Shown here one piece after another: positions 17,836 through 40,835 of a stretch of 64,000 bases of DNA. Below the pieces are notes generated by a model that saw only the letters and a list, made by a program, of their open reading frames with translations, searched no databases and was not told where the DNA came from. The DNA lies in the NCBI RefSeq assembly GCF_009914755.1, contig NC_060940.1; one strand, given 5' to 3'. The DNA comes from the human T2T-CHM13v2.0 reference genome, Homo sapiens. The first letter of the stretch is position 1, and each line of letters begins with the position of its first letter. Position numbers and translations under genes: made by a program.

Positions 17836-18361
17836 GGCCAAGCGCCGCCGCCCAGAGAAGCGCGAGTCGCCGCCCGAACCGGCCGCCGCCAACACCCCGC
17901 TCCGGCCCGGGGCTGAGGAGGAAGCCGAGAAGGAGGAGAAGGAGGAGGCGGCGGCGGGCGGGGGAAGAGGACGACCGTTCCGGGTTCCGCCTGAGCCCGC
18001 AGCACAGGACGAGGAGGCGGGAGCGGCGCGGTGAGAGAGAGGTGGATGAAGGGGAGGCGACGTCTCTTCCAGGGCCGTGCGCGGCCCACGTCGCCGGGGC
18101 CGCGGAGGACGAGGACGACGAGGAGCAGGCGGTGGCGGCAGCTCCTCACGCTCACAAGGCCACTGCTAACCCGCCTCCCGGCTCCGCTGGCCGCGCCGCC
18201 GCTATCGCACGGTATGCTGGGAGCGAGAAGCGGGGTCGGCCCCGCCGGGCCTGGGGAGAGAGGCGGGTCCTGTCGGCGGGGATCTCCACTAGTGCGGCCA
18301 CACACTTTTCTCCCGAACGCTTCCCGGAAAGCACCGGGATTTTAAAAACTTTAGGCTTTGT

Positions 18362-18362
18362 C

Positions 18363-18394
<32 letters not shown>

Positions 18395-18402
18395 TTTTTT
18401 TT
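18362..18402. repeat. (TTC)n(T)n pyrimidine tract at the edge of the CpG island
   Basis: Read directly from the sequence. Confidence 0.9.
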
Positions 18403-18849
18403 TGGTGGGGGAAACAATATAGAAGGCTTTTCCTTCTCTGCAACGATTTTGTGGCTTCCTAGAGGTCAGGAGAGTGTTGGTCATGGGAAAGAAGGTTGAA
18501 TTCAGTCTGCCCACATGGGCGTGCCTAGCTTTAGAACAGCGCTATTTAGGAGAAGTTGGAAGTTACACCCTTTGGTGAGAAGCTGTGTCTGTTTTTTTCC
18601 ATGATTGGCATAATTAACTCAAATACCAGCTGTACGTTAGTCCGTATTTCTGTTCATGGTTGAGTTCAGTGTGTCCAGAGACCGGAAGGTGCTTTGCACT
18701 CACAGGAGTGCCCATGTGGAGCTCCATGGGATGTGAATTATTGTTGGTCACCAGTTCTGGCTGACATTGGAATCACTTGAAGAGTTTTTATAATATGTGG
18801 ATTCCAAAGCCCTGTCACAAACCTATTGAATTTGTACCTCCCAGGTTGA

Positions 18850-19188
<339 letters not shown>

Positions 19189-19403
19189 TAGCTAGGTTTG
19201 GGATCCATTGGATTATTTAACACCCGAGGTGCCTTTTGTTTCTAATGATATTCTCTCAACGTGTTTTAAAAATGAAGCGCATGAGATAGTTATGAGATAG
19301 TAGAACTTTTCCCTACATTGGTGAAGTAAAAATCTTGGGATTTTGATAGTCAGATTATCTTAGGCATTAAAAAATATCACACCGACGCCCTCTCTTTTTA
19401 TAG

Positions 19404-19534
19404 GGATTCGCAGAGGCATTTTTGGAACATCTTTGGAAAAAATTGCAGGATCCAAGTAATCCTGCCATCATCAGGCAGGCTGCTGGAAATTATATTGGAA
19501 GCTTTTTGGCAAGAGCTAAATTTATTCCTCTTAT
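19404..19534 (+). pseudogene. RRN3P3: RRN3-derived exon A (131 nt): GFAEAFLEHLWKKLQDPSNPAIIRQAAGNYIGSFLARAKFIPL(I)
   Basis: Translation matches RRN3/TIF-IA. Acceptor ctctctttttatag and donor GTAAGT. The paralog name is inferred from the head-to-head position with an SMG1 copy. Confidence 0.92.
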
Positions 19535-20404
19535 GTAAGTAGCCTAATTTTCCGAGTACTTTTTAATATCATGCTTTAAAAAGAGTATAGCATTGTCTCA
19601 AGTCAGAAATATCTCCCATATGTTTTTGGCATGTTTTTAAAGTGAATAAAATTCCTACTCTGTGTAAGATGTTTATATTTCTAAGTGGTGATTTTAGAAT
19701 AAAGTGTCTCCTTTTTTATATATAAAACCCTGTATGTAAGGCTTTTGTCATCTCTTTTGTGTGGTTGCACTTAAAGATCCATTTGTTTTGTGGATAGAGG
19801 ACAGTGTTGTATACTGTTTTGATTCTTTTTGTAGGTTTGTCATTTTTTCATTTGCATTCCAAATCTATTGTATCTGTTAAAGCTGAAGAAAAACCCTTTT
19901 AAAGGTAATAGACCTATCTAGGAGGCCAGTTTCTTTCAGTGGCCCATGAAGATATCTTTGGACAAGGATGCTGTTGAATCCCTTCCCCAAGAACAAAATT
20001 ATTCACCATAGGACTTGACTGGATGCATCAGGGAATACTGAAGTCCACCAGACTGTCTTTCTCTTGAGACGTGTTGGTGAACATGTCCTATTTGGCCAAT
20101 CACCCTAAGAGGGGTGCCTTTGAGATGGTTAGGAGAACCTGCTTTCCATCCCTTGGGACGTTCTTAGGGGCTCACCTGTTCCTAGAAGGTCAGAGCTACT
20201 CTGCCTTGTAATTGGAAGGTTGTCTTCCTACGCACCCATCCTTATCCTTCCTTTCTTTGCTTTTCCTCTGTACCCATGGGTATTATTTAAAGAAACCTAT
20301 GAACTTACTTAGCATGGTTTGTAATGAAAGGCAGTTGTGTGTTTTTATGTTATTCTGGTTTTTTTATGAAGTGTAAAGTTGACTTGAATTTTTCTTTTCT
20401 CTAG

Positions 20405-20589
20405 TACTGTAAAACCATGCCTAGATCTTTTGGTTAACTGGCTGCACATATACCTTAATAACCAGGATTCGGGAACAAAGGCATTCTGCAATGTTGCTCT
20501 CCATGGACCATTTTACTCAGCCTGCCAAGCTGTGTTCTACACCTTTGTTTTTAGACACAAGCAGCTTTTGAGCGGAAACCTGAAAGAAG
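20405..20589 (+). pseudogene. RRN3P3: RRN3-derived exon B (185 nt): TVKPCLDLLVNWLHIYLNNQDSGTKAFCNVALHGPFYSACQAVFYTFVFRHKQLLSGNLKE(G)
   Basis: RRN3 peptide, which overlaps ORF 20430..20669. Acceptor ttttcttttctctag and donor AAG|GTCAGT. Confidence 0.92.
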
Positions 20590-20746
20590 GTCAGTGTTGT
20601 GGGAGTGCTGGACTGGATTTTCCTTGTGTTCTTGTCACCCTTCAGAATGGTGATTCATTACTTTTTTGAGATTTTTATAAAAACTGGATTCAGAAAACTG
20701 CATGTACACTCAAACTTCTAATAATAATTTCAAGCAGCTCATAGGC

Positions 20747-20820
20747 CCCTACAAACCCCTTAAGATAGATTTGAGCTTGAGAACCCTACAAACCCCTTAA
20801 GATGGATTTGAGGTTAAGAA
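20747..20820. repeat. 37-bp tandem duplication (2 copies, 3 mismatches)
   Basis: ccctacaaaccccttaagatagatttgagcttgagaa followed by ccctacaaaccccttaagatggatttgaggttaagaa. Confidence 0.9.
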
Positions 20821-21305
20821 AGAGGTTTCTGCCTTTGAAGGTTTGAAATGTGAAGATGTCTCCAGAGGTGAGGCTGAGCCCTGGGCTGTGCCAGCGCCCT
20901 GTACAAAGCTTCAGTTGGATGCACCTTCTCTTTGTTGTCCTTGTAACAGCCCAGTAAATGGCAGGTATTCTCCCTTTACAGACAGCACCAAAGCACGGGG
21001 AAGTCATTTTCCCAAGATCACATGGTTACTGGCAGGATTAGAAAACTGAAGCCAGGTTCAGCTGACCCTAAAGTTTGAGTTTATATAGATTACACTCTGC
21101 CTGAAGCCTTGAGACTTAATTGACCAGTATTGTTTTGCTAATTTCTAAGAGTTACTTATAATTCAAATCTATCAGTTGAAACTTACTAGATTAGCGTATT
21201 TTAGTTGAAGAGAGTCTCCAAGAACAGTGTTTATAAGTCATTGTAAATTGTTCTGTTTATGTTTATGAATAATTCATATGGTTTTGTGGGTCACTTCCTC
21301 TAAAC

Positions 21306-21519
21306 CAGGGTCTGTCAACCCTGCATGATTGCCATTTGGGCTGCATCATCCTTCATCGTCGGGGGCTGTCCTCTGCACTGTAGGATGTTTAACAGCCTCC
21401 ACCTACTAGCTGCCAACAGCAGTCCCTGACCACCCCCAGCTGTGACAACTAAAAGTGTCTCCAGACACTGCCAGGTGTCCTCTGTGGGGGTTGCAGTCTC
21501 CTTAGGTTAACAGCCACAG
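21306..21519 (-). mobile_element. MER20 (hAT-Charlie) DNA transposon
   Basis: Matches the reverse MER20 consensus: ggctgtcctctgcactgtaggatgtttaaca...tgtgacaactaaaagtgtctccagacactgcca. Confidence 0.8.
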
Positions 21520-22381
21520 CTCTAAACTGACAGTTGTACGTGTTGCATTATATATGTTTACCTACATCCTACATGCTTCTAAAAGATGTTGTATGAACTA
21601 GTAGGATGAGGTTTTATCACAAGGTAAGTAAATACAAGCTCTGCTTTTCTTTGTATAAATTAATGCCAGGAATCTGAATTAAATATCTTGTTTTTGTAAG
21701 CAGTGACATCCCATTTAGGTAATTTTTATTGAAATATGCATCAAAGAAACTCCTAAGAAAATATACTTAAGTACAAGTTGGTCAGCTTGCCTCTTAAAAT
21801 AAATGTGATGTCTTTATTTTACTCATGTAGGAAAGAATTGTATTTATTAAGTCTAAGAAAGTGGCTTCTGTCTAAATTTGCCGTCCGTTGAGGTAGAAGG
21901 CAAATTTGGAGTTTTCTTGTTTAGAAAAAAAACTACAGATGACTACTGTGCACCTGAAAACAGCACTCAGCTTCACTAACGAGACATGCAAGCTAGAATC
22001 AAATTGCTGTTTTGTTTTGTTGCCTGTCGTGATTGTTAGCTGAAACCAAATCACAAGGTCTTTTTCTCCCTCTGTATTAGCTCAGCATACACTGAGCTTA
22101 CAAACGTATGAACTTCACGTTGTCGTGGAATCTTACAGCCTGCTACTTCCTAAGTTTCCTTTAGAGAAGCTGCCTTGGTGACCAATGAATGTGGTTAGCC
22201 TAGTGATACTCTTCTGGGCCATATACTGTGTGACTATCTGCATGGACCTTTATTGAAAGCATTTCTGCAAATAATTTTTTTAAGTTTTTTTTAAATGTGT
22301 GATAATTTGTGCTTTTAAAGATATCTTACACTTTTCACTTATTTGTACCTTTAAAAAATCTTTTTTTTTTTTAAACCAAAG

Positions 22382-22490
22382 GTTTGCAGTATCTTCAGAG
22401 TCTGAATTTTGAGCGGATAGTGATGAGCCAGCTAAATCCCCTGAAGATTTGCCTGCCCTCAGTGGTTAACTTTTTTGCTGCAATCACAAA
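22382..22490 (+). pseudogene. RRN3P3: RRN3-derived exon C (109 nt): (G)LQYLQSLNFERIVMSQLNPLKICLPSVVNFFAAIT(N)
   Basis: RRN3 peptide. Acceptor tttttaaaccaaag and donor GTAAGT. Phase-compatible with exons B and D. Confidence 0.92.
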
Positions 22491-22600
22491 GTAAGTTATT
22501 TACGCTTTCTTGATGGGAGTTATTTAAAATATTTTTATTTATGTTTATCTAGTATTGTAAGAGTCTGTTAAATTTCTATGAAATTAGTAACATTATAAAA

Positions 22601-24337
<1,737 letters not shown>

Positions 24338-25267
24338 TAGTGCTCAGGAACATTCTTGTGTGTGGGCACACGCTTCCTTGTCACACACCCGGAAGTGCGG
24401 TCAGCTGCGGGGTTGTAGGAGATGTAGATCTTCAACTTTACCTGATAGTGCAAACCACCCTCCAGTGTGGTTTTGCTGATGTGTCCTCCACCAGGAGGAG
24501 GGGTCAAGTGCCGTGAGCCTTGGCTAACAGGACAGAAATCAAAGTATGTGGCTTGAAGTTGCCATGGTGACCGGAGAACCTGAGATGGAGAGTGACAGAA
24601 GTGAGATCTAAGTCCTCATCTTGGAGAAGCTGTCCAATAAATAATTTTTCAAGTTGCTCAATCATTTAGAGACAACTACTGGAAAAATTAAAAACATAAT
24701 TGTCTTTATTTTATGTTTTCTTCTATGCATTTAACTGTTCTCACTCGGCATGCCTAGTCCTTTCTGTGCCTGTTTTTGAGGTCATGACTTAGTCAACCCC
24801 ATGTCCCTCCTTCAGTAAAGGCTTATTTCTTCTTCAGTGCTTCTTCAGCAAGTCTCTTCACCAACCACTATTTCCTCCTGAGTAACTCCTGAATCCCTTT
24901 TCCACCAACCTTCTAATTCTTTTGCAAACAGTAAAAATAAAGACACCTGTAGTTATGTAATCTAAGAGTTTTGCCTTGCAAACATTTATTTTTAATGAAT
25001 AATATCTATTACTCATTAAAATATAAGCCCAGTTTCACATTCTGAGTGATAGCCACGTTTTCTTTCTCCTTAGCAAACTTGCAGATAGAAGACCCATAGA
25101 ACGGTACCCTAAAAGTGTTACTTTCTGCTTTATATTGTTATTTTTACCAGCACTTGTTATATTCAGCAATTTCTCTGTGGTAGGTACAGTTGTCACATGC
25201 AGCTCACATCCGCAGAGTCACTCCAGCATGTTAATGCCTCTGTCTGTGTTGTTTTTTTGTTCCACAG

Positions 25268-25863
<596 letters not shown>

Positions 25864-26841
25864 CTATGAATAGCAGCATGGCACAAAACAGAAGCCACTA
25901 GAGAGAGTATTGCGGGACCCTCGTTTTATGTAGCAAGAAATGGAGGCTCAGAGAAGGGGCGACTTCCAAGGGTGAGTGACCCAGTGCAAGGAGCCGGCTT
26001 CCGTTCGACTGCAGATTCTAGCCCTTCACCAACTCACTTCTCCTCACCAAGGGCTTCACTTGCACCACTGCAGTCTTCCTTTCAACAGTCGTGGGAGACA
26101 CAGACCAGTCCCCATTTTACAGATGGGGAAAAAGGAGGCTTGGGGAACTCCTTGGCCAGAGGCCACAGAGGCCTCCCAGTGGGACTCTGTGCTCTGCAAA
26201 GAAGGGAATCTGGGGAGCAGGCACCCTTTAGAGAAATAATCTGCATCGAACATCCACAAAATCCAGCAGGAGGCCACCAGGAGCTGACCCCCATGCAGAG
26301 AGGAAGCACCAGCACTCTGGGTGAGTGAGGCCAAGGTCACAGTCAGTCCCCAGGAGAGCCGGCAGCCGGCCCAGGGCCCAGATGGGCCTCTGGCTCAAGC
26401 CCAGCAGAGGCTGTGTCCACTGGGCCTTGAGGTCTGCACGGGAGGCCCGTCCCTCACCCCCCAGGGCAAGAACAAGCCCACGCCTCAGCCCTGTTGGCGG
26501 TGGAGCAGGAACATCCCTGCAGTGCTTTAAGGGCACACTTGTTATTTTTTGTTCAGCTCGTGGCAGCAGGTGTGCCTTGGAATCTAGATGTTTTTTGTAT
26601 CCCCAAGGGAACCCAGGCTCAGGTTTTAGGCTAGAAAACAAGACAACTGCAGATGGTAATTATCCCCCAGGATCACTAGTCAAAGGCTGCTTTTGGTCAA
26701 GAATCTCAACCTGCGTGCCTGTCTGTGTGGCACACCCTCCTCAGGAACAGCCTCGCAACTTTCCCTGGAACCTCCCCTTCCCCACTACACCTGGTCCTGG
26801 CGAGGATATTATTCACATCAGTGAATAAAATGCTAATTTTA

Positions 26842-27165
<324 letters not shown>

Positions 27166-27399
27166 TCAAAAAAAATAATAATAATAACAATAACATACAC
27201 ACAACACAACCTGTGCTCCCTCTAGACATTCTGACTTGGCAGGTGCAAGGCAGATCCAAGAATCTCATGCCAGCAGGCTCCCAGGTGCCGCTGATCCCGC
27301 CAGTCCGTGGCTTTGTAAGGGTATCTGCTGTGTTGCTGGCTCGGCTTCCATCCTCCTGCGTCCTGGGTCCAACATTCCTGTTTTCCTTGGGAGCCCATC

Positions 27400-27790
27400 C
27401 CCGACTCCCATTCACGGGGTCCAGAGACAGGAGTGGGTGGGGACCTGGGCATGGCCACTCAGAACAGCCCTGTCACTGGCTGCAGCAATTGGTACAGGCA
27501 TGGGCACGTGACTCAAGACCAGCCAATGAGAGCCAAGGAGTTTTTTTCTGGGACGTATTTAAAGAGATTATTTCCATAGCTGTGCCCCGCAGCAGGTGAG
27601 GGCCCTCCTGAGAAAGTGTCCACACAGGAGGGCAAAGCCAAGGTGGGGGATATCAAGGCCCAAGCCAATTTCGGGGCCTCTGAATGTAGCTGTACCTGAA
27701 GCCAAGTCAACCCCTGTACTAATAAGCCTCTTTTTAAAATCAGTTTGATTTAAGTTCCTATCACTTGCTTCCAAGAGTCCTGATACAAGC
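27400..27790 (+). mobile_element. Old MaLR (MLT1-type) LTR remnant
   Basis: gggcacgtgactcaagaccagccaatgaga, and a 3' end tcacttgcttccaagagtcctgataca. Confidence 0.55.
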
Positions 27791-27800
27791 AAATAAAAGT

Positions 27801-28757
<957 letters not shown>

Positions 28758-31166
28758 CTAAACTGAGAGCAAAGAAATGGAAGGGAGGGAGCAGGAGGAT
28801 CATCAGTTTCCATCCTTTTACTGTGTGCTCAAATGTAATTTGGCTGCAGGTGAGGTCTGTGCAGACCCTGGGTGAGGGGCGAGTTGGCTATGGCCTGTTT
28901 AACTCCACCTGTGCAGACTGCAGCTCAGCCTCGTCCATGCTTCGTGACTCAGCCTTGTCCTCAGGGAAGCTGGGGCTGGTGCAACTTTCAGAAGTGGTCC
29001 CAGGTAAGCCTGGCCCTCCTGAGTCCATGGGTGGGGAATGCTGGTACAGGCCTAGCAGCTGGCTTTCCGGGGCTGGGTGGAGGTACAAGAGCGGTGATGT
29101 GTGGTGTTCGCCACTTTCCATGGTGCAATTACCCCTGCATGGCCGAGTTCAAGTTTTGAAGGTGCAGTCACCAATAGTGGAGTTGGGAAGAGATTTGCAC
29201 AGTCAGCTCCAGAGCCAGCATGCACCATCTCCCACCCGTCACTGCCCCCTGCCTTCCTCCCTCTTGTCCCTGCAGCCTGGGATCTCACTGCTGCTCTCCA
29301 AGTGAGGAATTCCAGTAAGGCTTCTTAAGACTTCTTTTTGGTTTACCTGGCAGAACCCCACCTCAAACTGGCTTAAGCAAAGAAGAGGGAGATTTGCCAG
29401 CTCCGATCCTAAAGAGTCAGGGCTGCAACCGGGTGCAGGGGTTGTCGACTGCCAGGGCTCTGAGTGCTCCCCCAGGCTCTGCTTTCCCCAGGGGACACTC
29501 ATGGGGGTTCCCTGATGGGGCAATGGTGGCCACCCGAGGCTGTGGCTTGGCCTCCAGTGGAGCGACGTCACCTCTTTCCCGGCAGTTCCAGCCACCATCC
29601 CAGGGCTGATTCTCAGGGGCCCGGCTTTGGCTGCTCATCTGGCCAGCCCGAGGGTGACCCCGCCTGGAGCAAGGTGTGCTTGGAGAGTGGGAGGCAGCAC
29701 TCCCGCAGGACAGCCGAGGACGCTGTTCCCAGAGTGAGGATGGGGCGCCCTCCTCACTGGACGTGCGTCCTGGCCATGGACCCCGAGCTGACCTCGGCCC
29801 CTCCCTGACTCGGTTGCTCTCAGGTCCAAGGCCACTGCTGCTGTCTCTGTCTCCCAGTGTCAGCCTCTGACCTTGTCCCAACCCCACTTTTGGCTTCCCC
29901 ACCGGCTTCACATCTGCTCAAAGGATCTAGGCCCTCCCTGCCACAGACCGAAAGAAGGATCCGGTGTCTCTCCCGGGCCATGGAAATGAGCTGGGTCATC
30001 CCTCCCTTGGCTCCCATCCACGTGGGCCAATCTGGTTTCACTTTATTTGTCATTTTCTCCAAAACCCAGTTTCCTTTTTATTTCTCTCCTACTCAGCTTC
30101 ACTTGCTCCCGGTCCCCTCCCCGTCTCTGCAGCTGATTTTTCCAGGTTCTCGGTCCTCTCCTTCACAGATTTTCTGTCCTCTTTGTTCACCCAGATTGGG
30201 AATCTGGAGCTGCTGGGGATGGAGGGAATGAGAACCTCAGATGAAGGACAGGTAGGGCTAGAGAAAGGTTTTCAGAGAGAAACAGAGAATGAGATGAAAA
30301 CACAGCAAACCCTGGATGGAAGGAGGGGCAGTGCCCATAAGACGAAGGGAAGGGAGCGGACAAGGTGCAGAGAACTGCACACAGACAGGCTCCCGAGGCC
30401 TGGGCCACACCGTGGCAGGGCCAGAAACAAAGCGAAACAAACAGAGAGGCCAAGGAAATTTCCGTTGGTGGGGACACTGCCAGCAGTTTTCCTAGGAGCT
30501 GGGGGTGCCAGCACTTGGAGCAAGCACGGGCCAAGGACGATGAGTAACAGAGGTGGCAGCAAGGGCTCTTTCCAGGGAGTGTGTATGGCCTTGAAGGCCA
30601 AGGAAGAAAGGCTGGGGGAGCAAAGCGGTGGGGAGGAGGGAAGGGGGAGAGGAGAGGTGCCAGTCACAAAGGAAAACAGCAGCCAGATCCACGCGCTGCC
30701 ACACTGTGCCTGTCCCACCTCGAGTACCCCCGCAGATAGCTCAGCTCATTCCCTAAAGGTGCGGGAGGGCCCAGCTCATTGGGCAGGGCTGTATGAAGCG
30801 CTTGGCACCATTCCGGGAGAATTAAGCATTTAGTAAACAATAGCTTCCTTCAAAATAAATCCAAACGAGGCCTGAGAGCCCGGAGTTGGGGGGTGCCTGC
30901 CAGGCTGTCCGCATGAGAGGAGGAGGTTCTAGGGACGTCTTGGCTCCTCTAGTGGGGCACAAATCGGCAGCTTCAAGATGAGAGACGGGAAGAGTGAATT
31001 CCTTGGAGGGGAATCTTGGCACTGTTGGGACTGGCACTGTGGCTGTGCAGTTCAAGGACGACCCCTGGACTGAGAGGAAAGGATGTGACCATCACGCTTA
31101 TATCCCGGGAAAGTGATTTATCATTGCAAATTCATAAACTGGCAGTCTAGTTCCTAAAACGACTAC

Positions 31167-31445
31167 ATGTGTGTGCACGTGTGTGTGCATGTGTGTGTGT
31201 TCATGTGCGTGTGTGTGCATGTGTGTGTTCATGTGCATGTGTGCACATATGCACTGTGTATACATTGTGCATGTGTGTTCATGTGTGTGTGCCCGTGTGT
31301 GCATGTGTTCGTGTGTGTTCGTGTGCGGGTATGCGTGTGTGCACTGCATGAGCATGTGTGTATACGTATGTGCATGTGTGCTCATGTGCATTGTGCACAT
31401 GTGTGTGCACGTGTGTTGTGTGTGCGTGTGTGAACACATGTGTGT
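31167..31445. repeat. Degenerate (TG)n/(CATGTG)n alternating purine-pyrimidine repeat, ~280 bp
   Basis: Read directly. It produces the spurious MCVHVC and HTHMH ORFs. Confidence 0.95.
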
Positions 31446-31751
31446 TTCCATCTCCATTCTGTATGTAGCTCCTGTTTCTTCCCTCAGGCCTGGGTGTGAA
31501 TATTTTTGGGGAAGTTAGGTAGAAGTCAGTGTCGCCTCGCTCTCTACAGATGTTTTCTCTGCTTTCTGGTCCTCAAGACTGAAAAATGAAAATGTACCAA
31601 ACAGCTTTCAAAGTTTACCTGTTAGAGATTCAGCCACTGGGGAGCCACTGTTCCTGTTCTTGCTCACTTCAGATTCTAAATTCCCAGAGCAGTGACTCTG
31701 ATTGGCCCAGCCCTGCACTAATTAGGAGCGGGACTGAGGAAGGGGCTCTGA

Positions 31752-32207
<456 letters not shown>

Positions 32208-32799
32208 CTAATCGTCCACCTTCCCAGATGCTTCCCAGGTGCACCGTGACCCCTGTGTGCTGTGTGGTCTTTTGTAGGGAGAAAGGATCAATCAAGAAAG
32301 GGAAACCCCTGCTCCCATGGAGCTTGCCTTCTGGTGGAATAAGAAAATTAGTAAACATTAATTAATAAATAGGTACTTCTCTATGCAAGTTTACAGAAAA
32401 ATAAACAAATATGTACATAAGAAAGAAGATGGTTTTGGATAGCGATAAGTGCTGGATGAAAATGAAACCAGGTGATAAGCCAGCGATGACTCCACTGAGG
32501 GAGGTTGTGAGCGTTACACAACATGGTCAGAAAAGACCCCGTTGGACCCAAGTCCCAGCTGGTAAGAAAGTGCCAGCTTCATGACGGTGGGGAGAAGCAT
32601 TCCAGTATCACCGTTTTAAAATATGAGCATCCTAAATATTACACAAACCATACTTACGCTAAATATTTGGGATCTACACTAAAAATGTAGTGTAGTGTAA
32701 AAATGGGGTTTCACCATGTGGGCCAGGCTGGTCTCGAGCTCCCAACCTCAAGCTATCCACCCACCTCAGCCTCCCAAAGTGCTGGGATTATAGGCGTGA

Positions 32800-32946
<147 letters not shown>

Positions 32947-32952
32947 TGAGTA

Positions 32953-33140
32953 ACCCCTTTTGCTTGGTTCTCATTCTCTCTCTTGGCTGCCACCATGCAA
33001 GACCTGCCTTTCGCCTTCTGCCATGATTGGGAGGCCTCCCCAGCCACATGGAACTGTGAGTCCATTCAACTTCTTTTTCTTTGTAAATTACCCAGTCTCG
33101 GGTATGGCTTTATCAGCAGCATGAAAACAGACAAATATAC
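32953..33140 (+). mobile_element. 3' half of a THE1-type LTR, abutting a truncated Alu (32827-32952, minus)
   Basis: ttctgccatgattgggaggcctccccagccacatggaactgtgagtccatt...aattacccagtctcgggtatg...cagcagcatgaaaacagac. Confidence 0.85.
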
Positions 33141-35460
33141 TGTTGTTTCTTATTAAATGTTATTGGCTTATTTTGAAAACAAAAGCTTACCAAATACATG
33201 TGATTATGGGAAGGGGCCAGAAAGTTACACTGCAAGTAAAAATATCAGTAACTATGTTTACTGGGTGGCGATGGCAAAAACAATAGTTTTTCCTTTTTTT
33301 TTTTTTGGAGACAGGATCTTGCTCTGTCGCCCAGGCTACAGTGCAGTGGTGCAATCACAGCCCACTGCAGCCTCGACCTCCGGAGCTCAATTGATCCTCC
33401 CACCTCAGCCTCCTGAGTAGCTGCATCTACAGATGTGAGCCACCAAAAAAAAAAAAAAAATTATTTTTGACACAGGATCTAGCACTGTTGCCCAGGCTGA
33501 AGTGCATCTGGGCTCACTGCAAGCTTCTCCTGAGCTCAAACCACCCTCTCACCTTAGCCTCCCAAGTAGCTGGGACTAGAGCCTCACTCCACCACGCCCG
33601 GCCTTGTTTTTCCTTTGTGAACATCGTTCTACAATGCTGTGGGTACATCGCTTTTTCAATATGAAGTTTTCTTTGGAAGTTTATAAATCCAGTTTGGGCC
33701 TTGGAGGAAAGCAGTCAGTGATAGAAATTTTGTGACTCTGAGTGAGTTTGGTGGAGCTTCGAGTTGTAGATTGTTTCCCAGGGACCGCTGCAGACACAAA
33801 GCCCTGACTGCAGGATCCCCAGTGATAAAAGTGATCAAAGGCGAGTGTGATCAGACGTGCGCTGCAACGCGAGTTGAGGTTTCATCGAGCCTCATTCAGT
33901 GGCTCCTGGGGCAGTTGTGTGGATGAAGAGGGCCATGTCTGTGAAGTGCTCAGGATGGAGCTGGTGGTGGGGCGGCCATGCCGGCCACATGGCTCACACC
34001 CCTCACCCGTCAACTCGGTGCCCGGCATTTTCCTTAGCTCCTCTGTGGATTAATTCTCATTCTGAAGACGGGAGGCTGAGGTTTCATCTCAGCTCTGTTC
34101 CTGGCTCATTGCTGCGCTTCTCTGTACCCGTCCCCTCCCCTGACTAGGGGAATGAGAACCTTGCCTATGGAAACACTTAGGGGATGGTGGCCCGTGACTC
34201 CATGCCAGCCCCTCCCAAGCCCAGCCACCAGCTGAGGTCCTGACCACCTTGTGGACCACCCGGTCCTCCAGCCCTGCGCCCACCCCCGCGTCCTCCCTCC
34301 TGCTCTTTCGTAGTTCCCTTGTGTTTCTCTGTGCCAGTAGCTGAGCCCCCGTGCCCACCCACTGCAACTGCACCTTCCCTCCCTCCAGGCTTCCCCACTG
34401 CGTTGCTCCCCTGCAGGGGCCAGTGAGTGGCTCTAGCTGTGTTCAGACAGCTCTGTGCCTCCTCCTCCCACCCCAGTTCCTCCGCCTTGGAGACAGACGG
34501 GGGTGCAGCGGGGCTGAATGGCACTCCAAGCTCGTGGGGCTGGGGAGTCCACATCTGCACCCGCCGCGTGGCTAGCACCCCCTGAGCGTTTTGGTCAATT
34601 TGCCATCATCCCACCCCTCAGTGCCGTTGGTGGTTGCCTGACGAAAAGCTGCACTTAATAGAAATCACTGTGGATGCAGGAGATGGACGGTGATGAGCTC
34701 AGGACCAGCCAGCAACCCCATCAGGCGGTAATGCCTACCATGGTCACCCATGACTTCCTCTCGCCACTGCTCGGAGCTCCTGCAAAGCCACAGGCAACAA
34801 CACATTTCTGCTCCGTACGAGAAGCTCCTATTGTAAGTCGGTGACATGGCTGGGGTTTTCTCTCAGCAAATATTGAGCAAACACTGACTGTGCCAGGTGA
34901 TGTGCTGGGTCCCAAACCCTTCCCAGACCCAGCCCTGGCACTCACGGAGATCCAGCTAGGAAGTCCGGGAAAAGGTCATCGGGGAAATAAACAAAGTCAA
35001 GCACAGTGGATGAACGCGCTGCTGCCGCTCCCCACACCTCTTGTGGTGGACATCACTTACGCTTCCTCATGGTGCATGTCACTTATGCTTCCTGGTGCCC
35101 TCCCAGATGACCCCCCCTTGGGCCACTACACACAGCTGCACCCGGCAAGAGCAGACAAGGATGGTCTACTCACTGAGCCTGCAAGGCTGGTGTGCAGGAC
35201 AGGCCAGCTACACTCCCCAGGTGTGTGCAAGACCGGGGACGAGTCAGTCATTGGGAGGTGAGGTGCTCGGGCAGTGTGGGATGGAGGAGGAGGGAGGGAA
35301 ACTGAGTGTGGGCTCTTCGTATTGGAGAGGAGGGGACGGCCATGGCACAAAGACTCAGATGGGAAAGTGTGAGAAAGCAGAGATTTCAAAGGAGCTACGG
35401 TGGAGACCCACAGAAGAGGAATGCTGAGGCTTTTCTGTCTGAAATGCTGAATAGACTCTA

Positions 35461-40835
<5,375 letters not shown>

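Larger units (their letters stand above)
17440..18340. promoter_or_regulatory. CpG island and probable bidirectional promoter (SMG1-type gene on minus, RRN3 fragment on plus)
   Basis: Very GC- and CpG-rich, and contains SMG1 exon 1 and its 5' UTR. GC box GGGGCGGGG at 17696-17704 and TTCCCGGAA (GAS/ETS-like) at 18321-18329. The TSS cannot be fixed from sequence alone. Confidence 0.9.

Noticed and set aside
17736-18514. Overlapping ORFs of 189, 221, 104 and 120 aa in the CpG island
   Set aside because: Stop codons are scarce in GC-rich DNA, the peptides are low-complexity, several use non-ATG starts, and none is a recognisable family.
31098-31518. Cys/His-rich ORFs resembling metal-binding proteins
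   Set aside because: They are translations of a TG/CA simple repeat.
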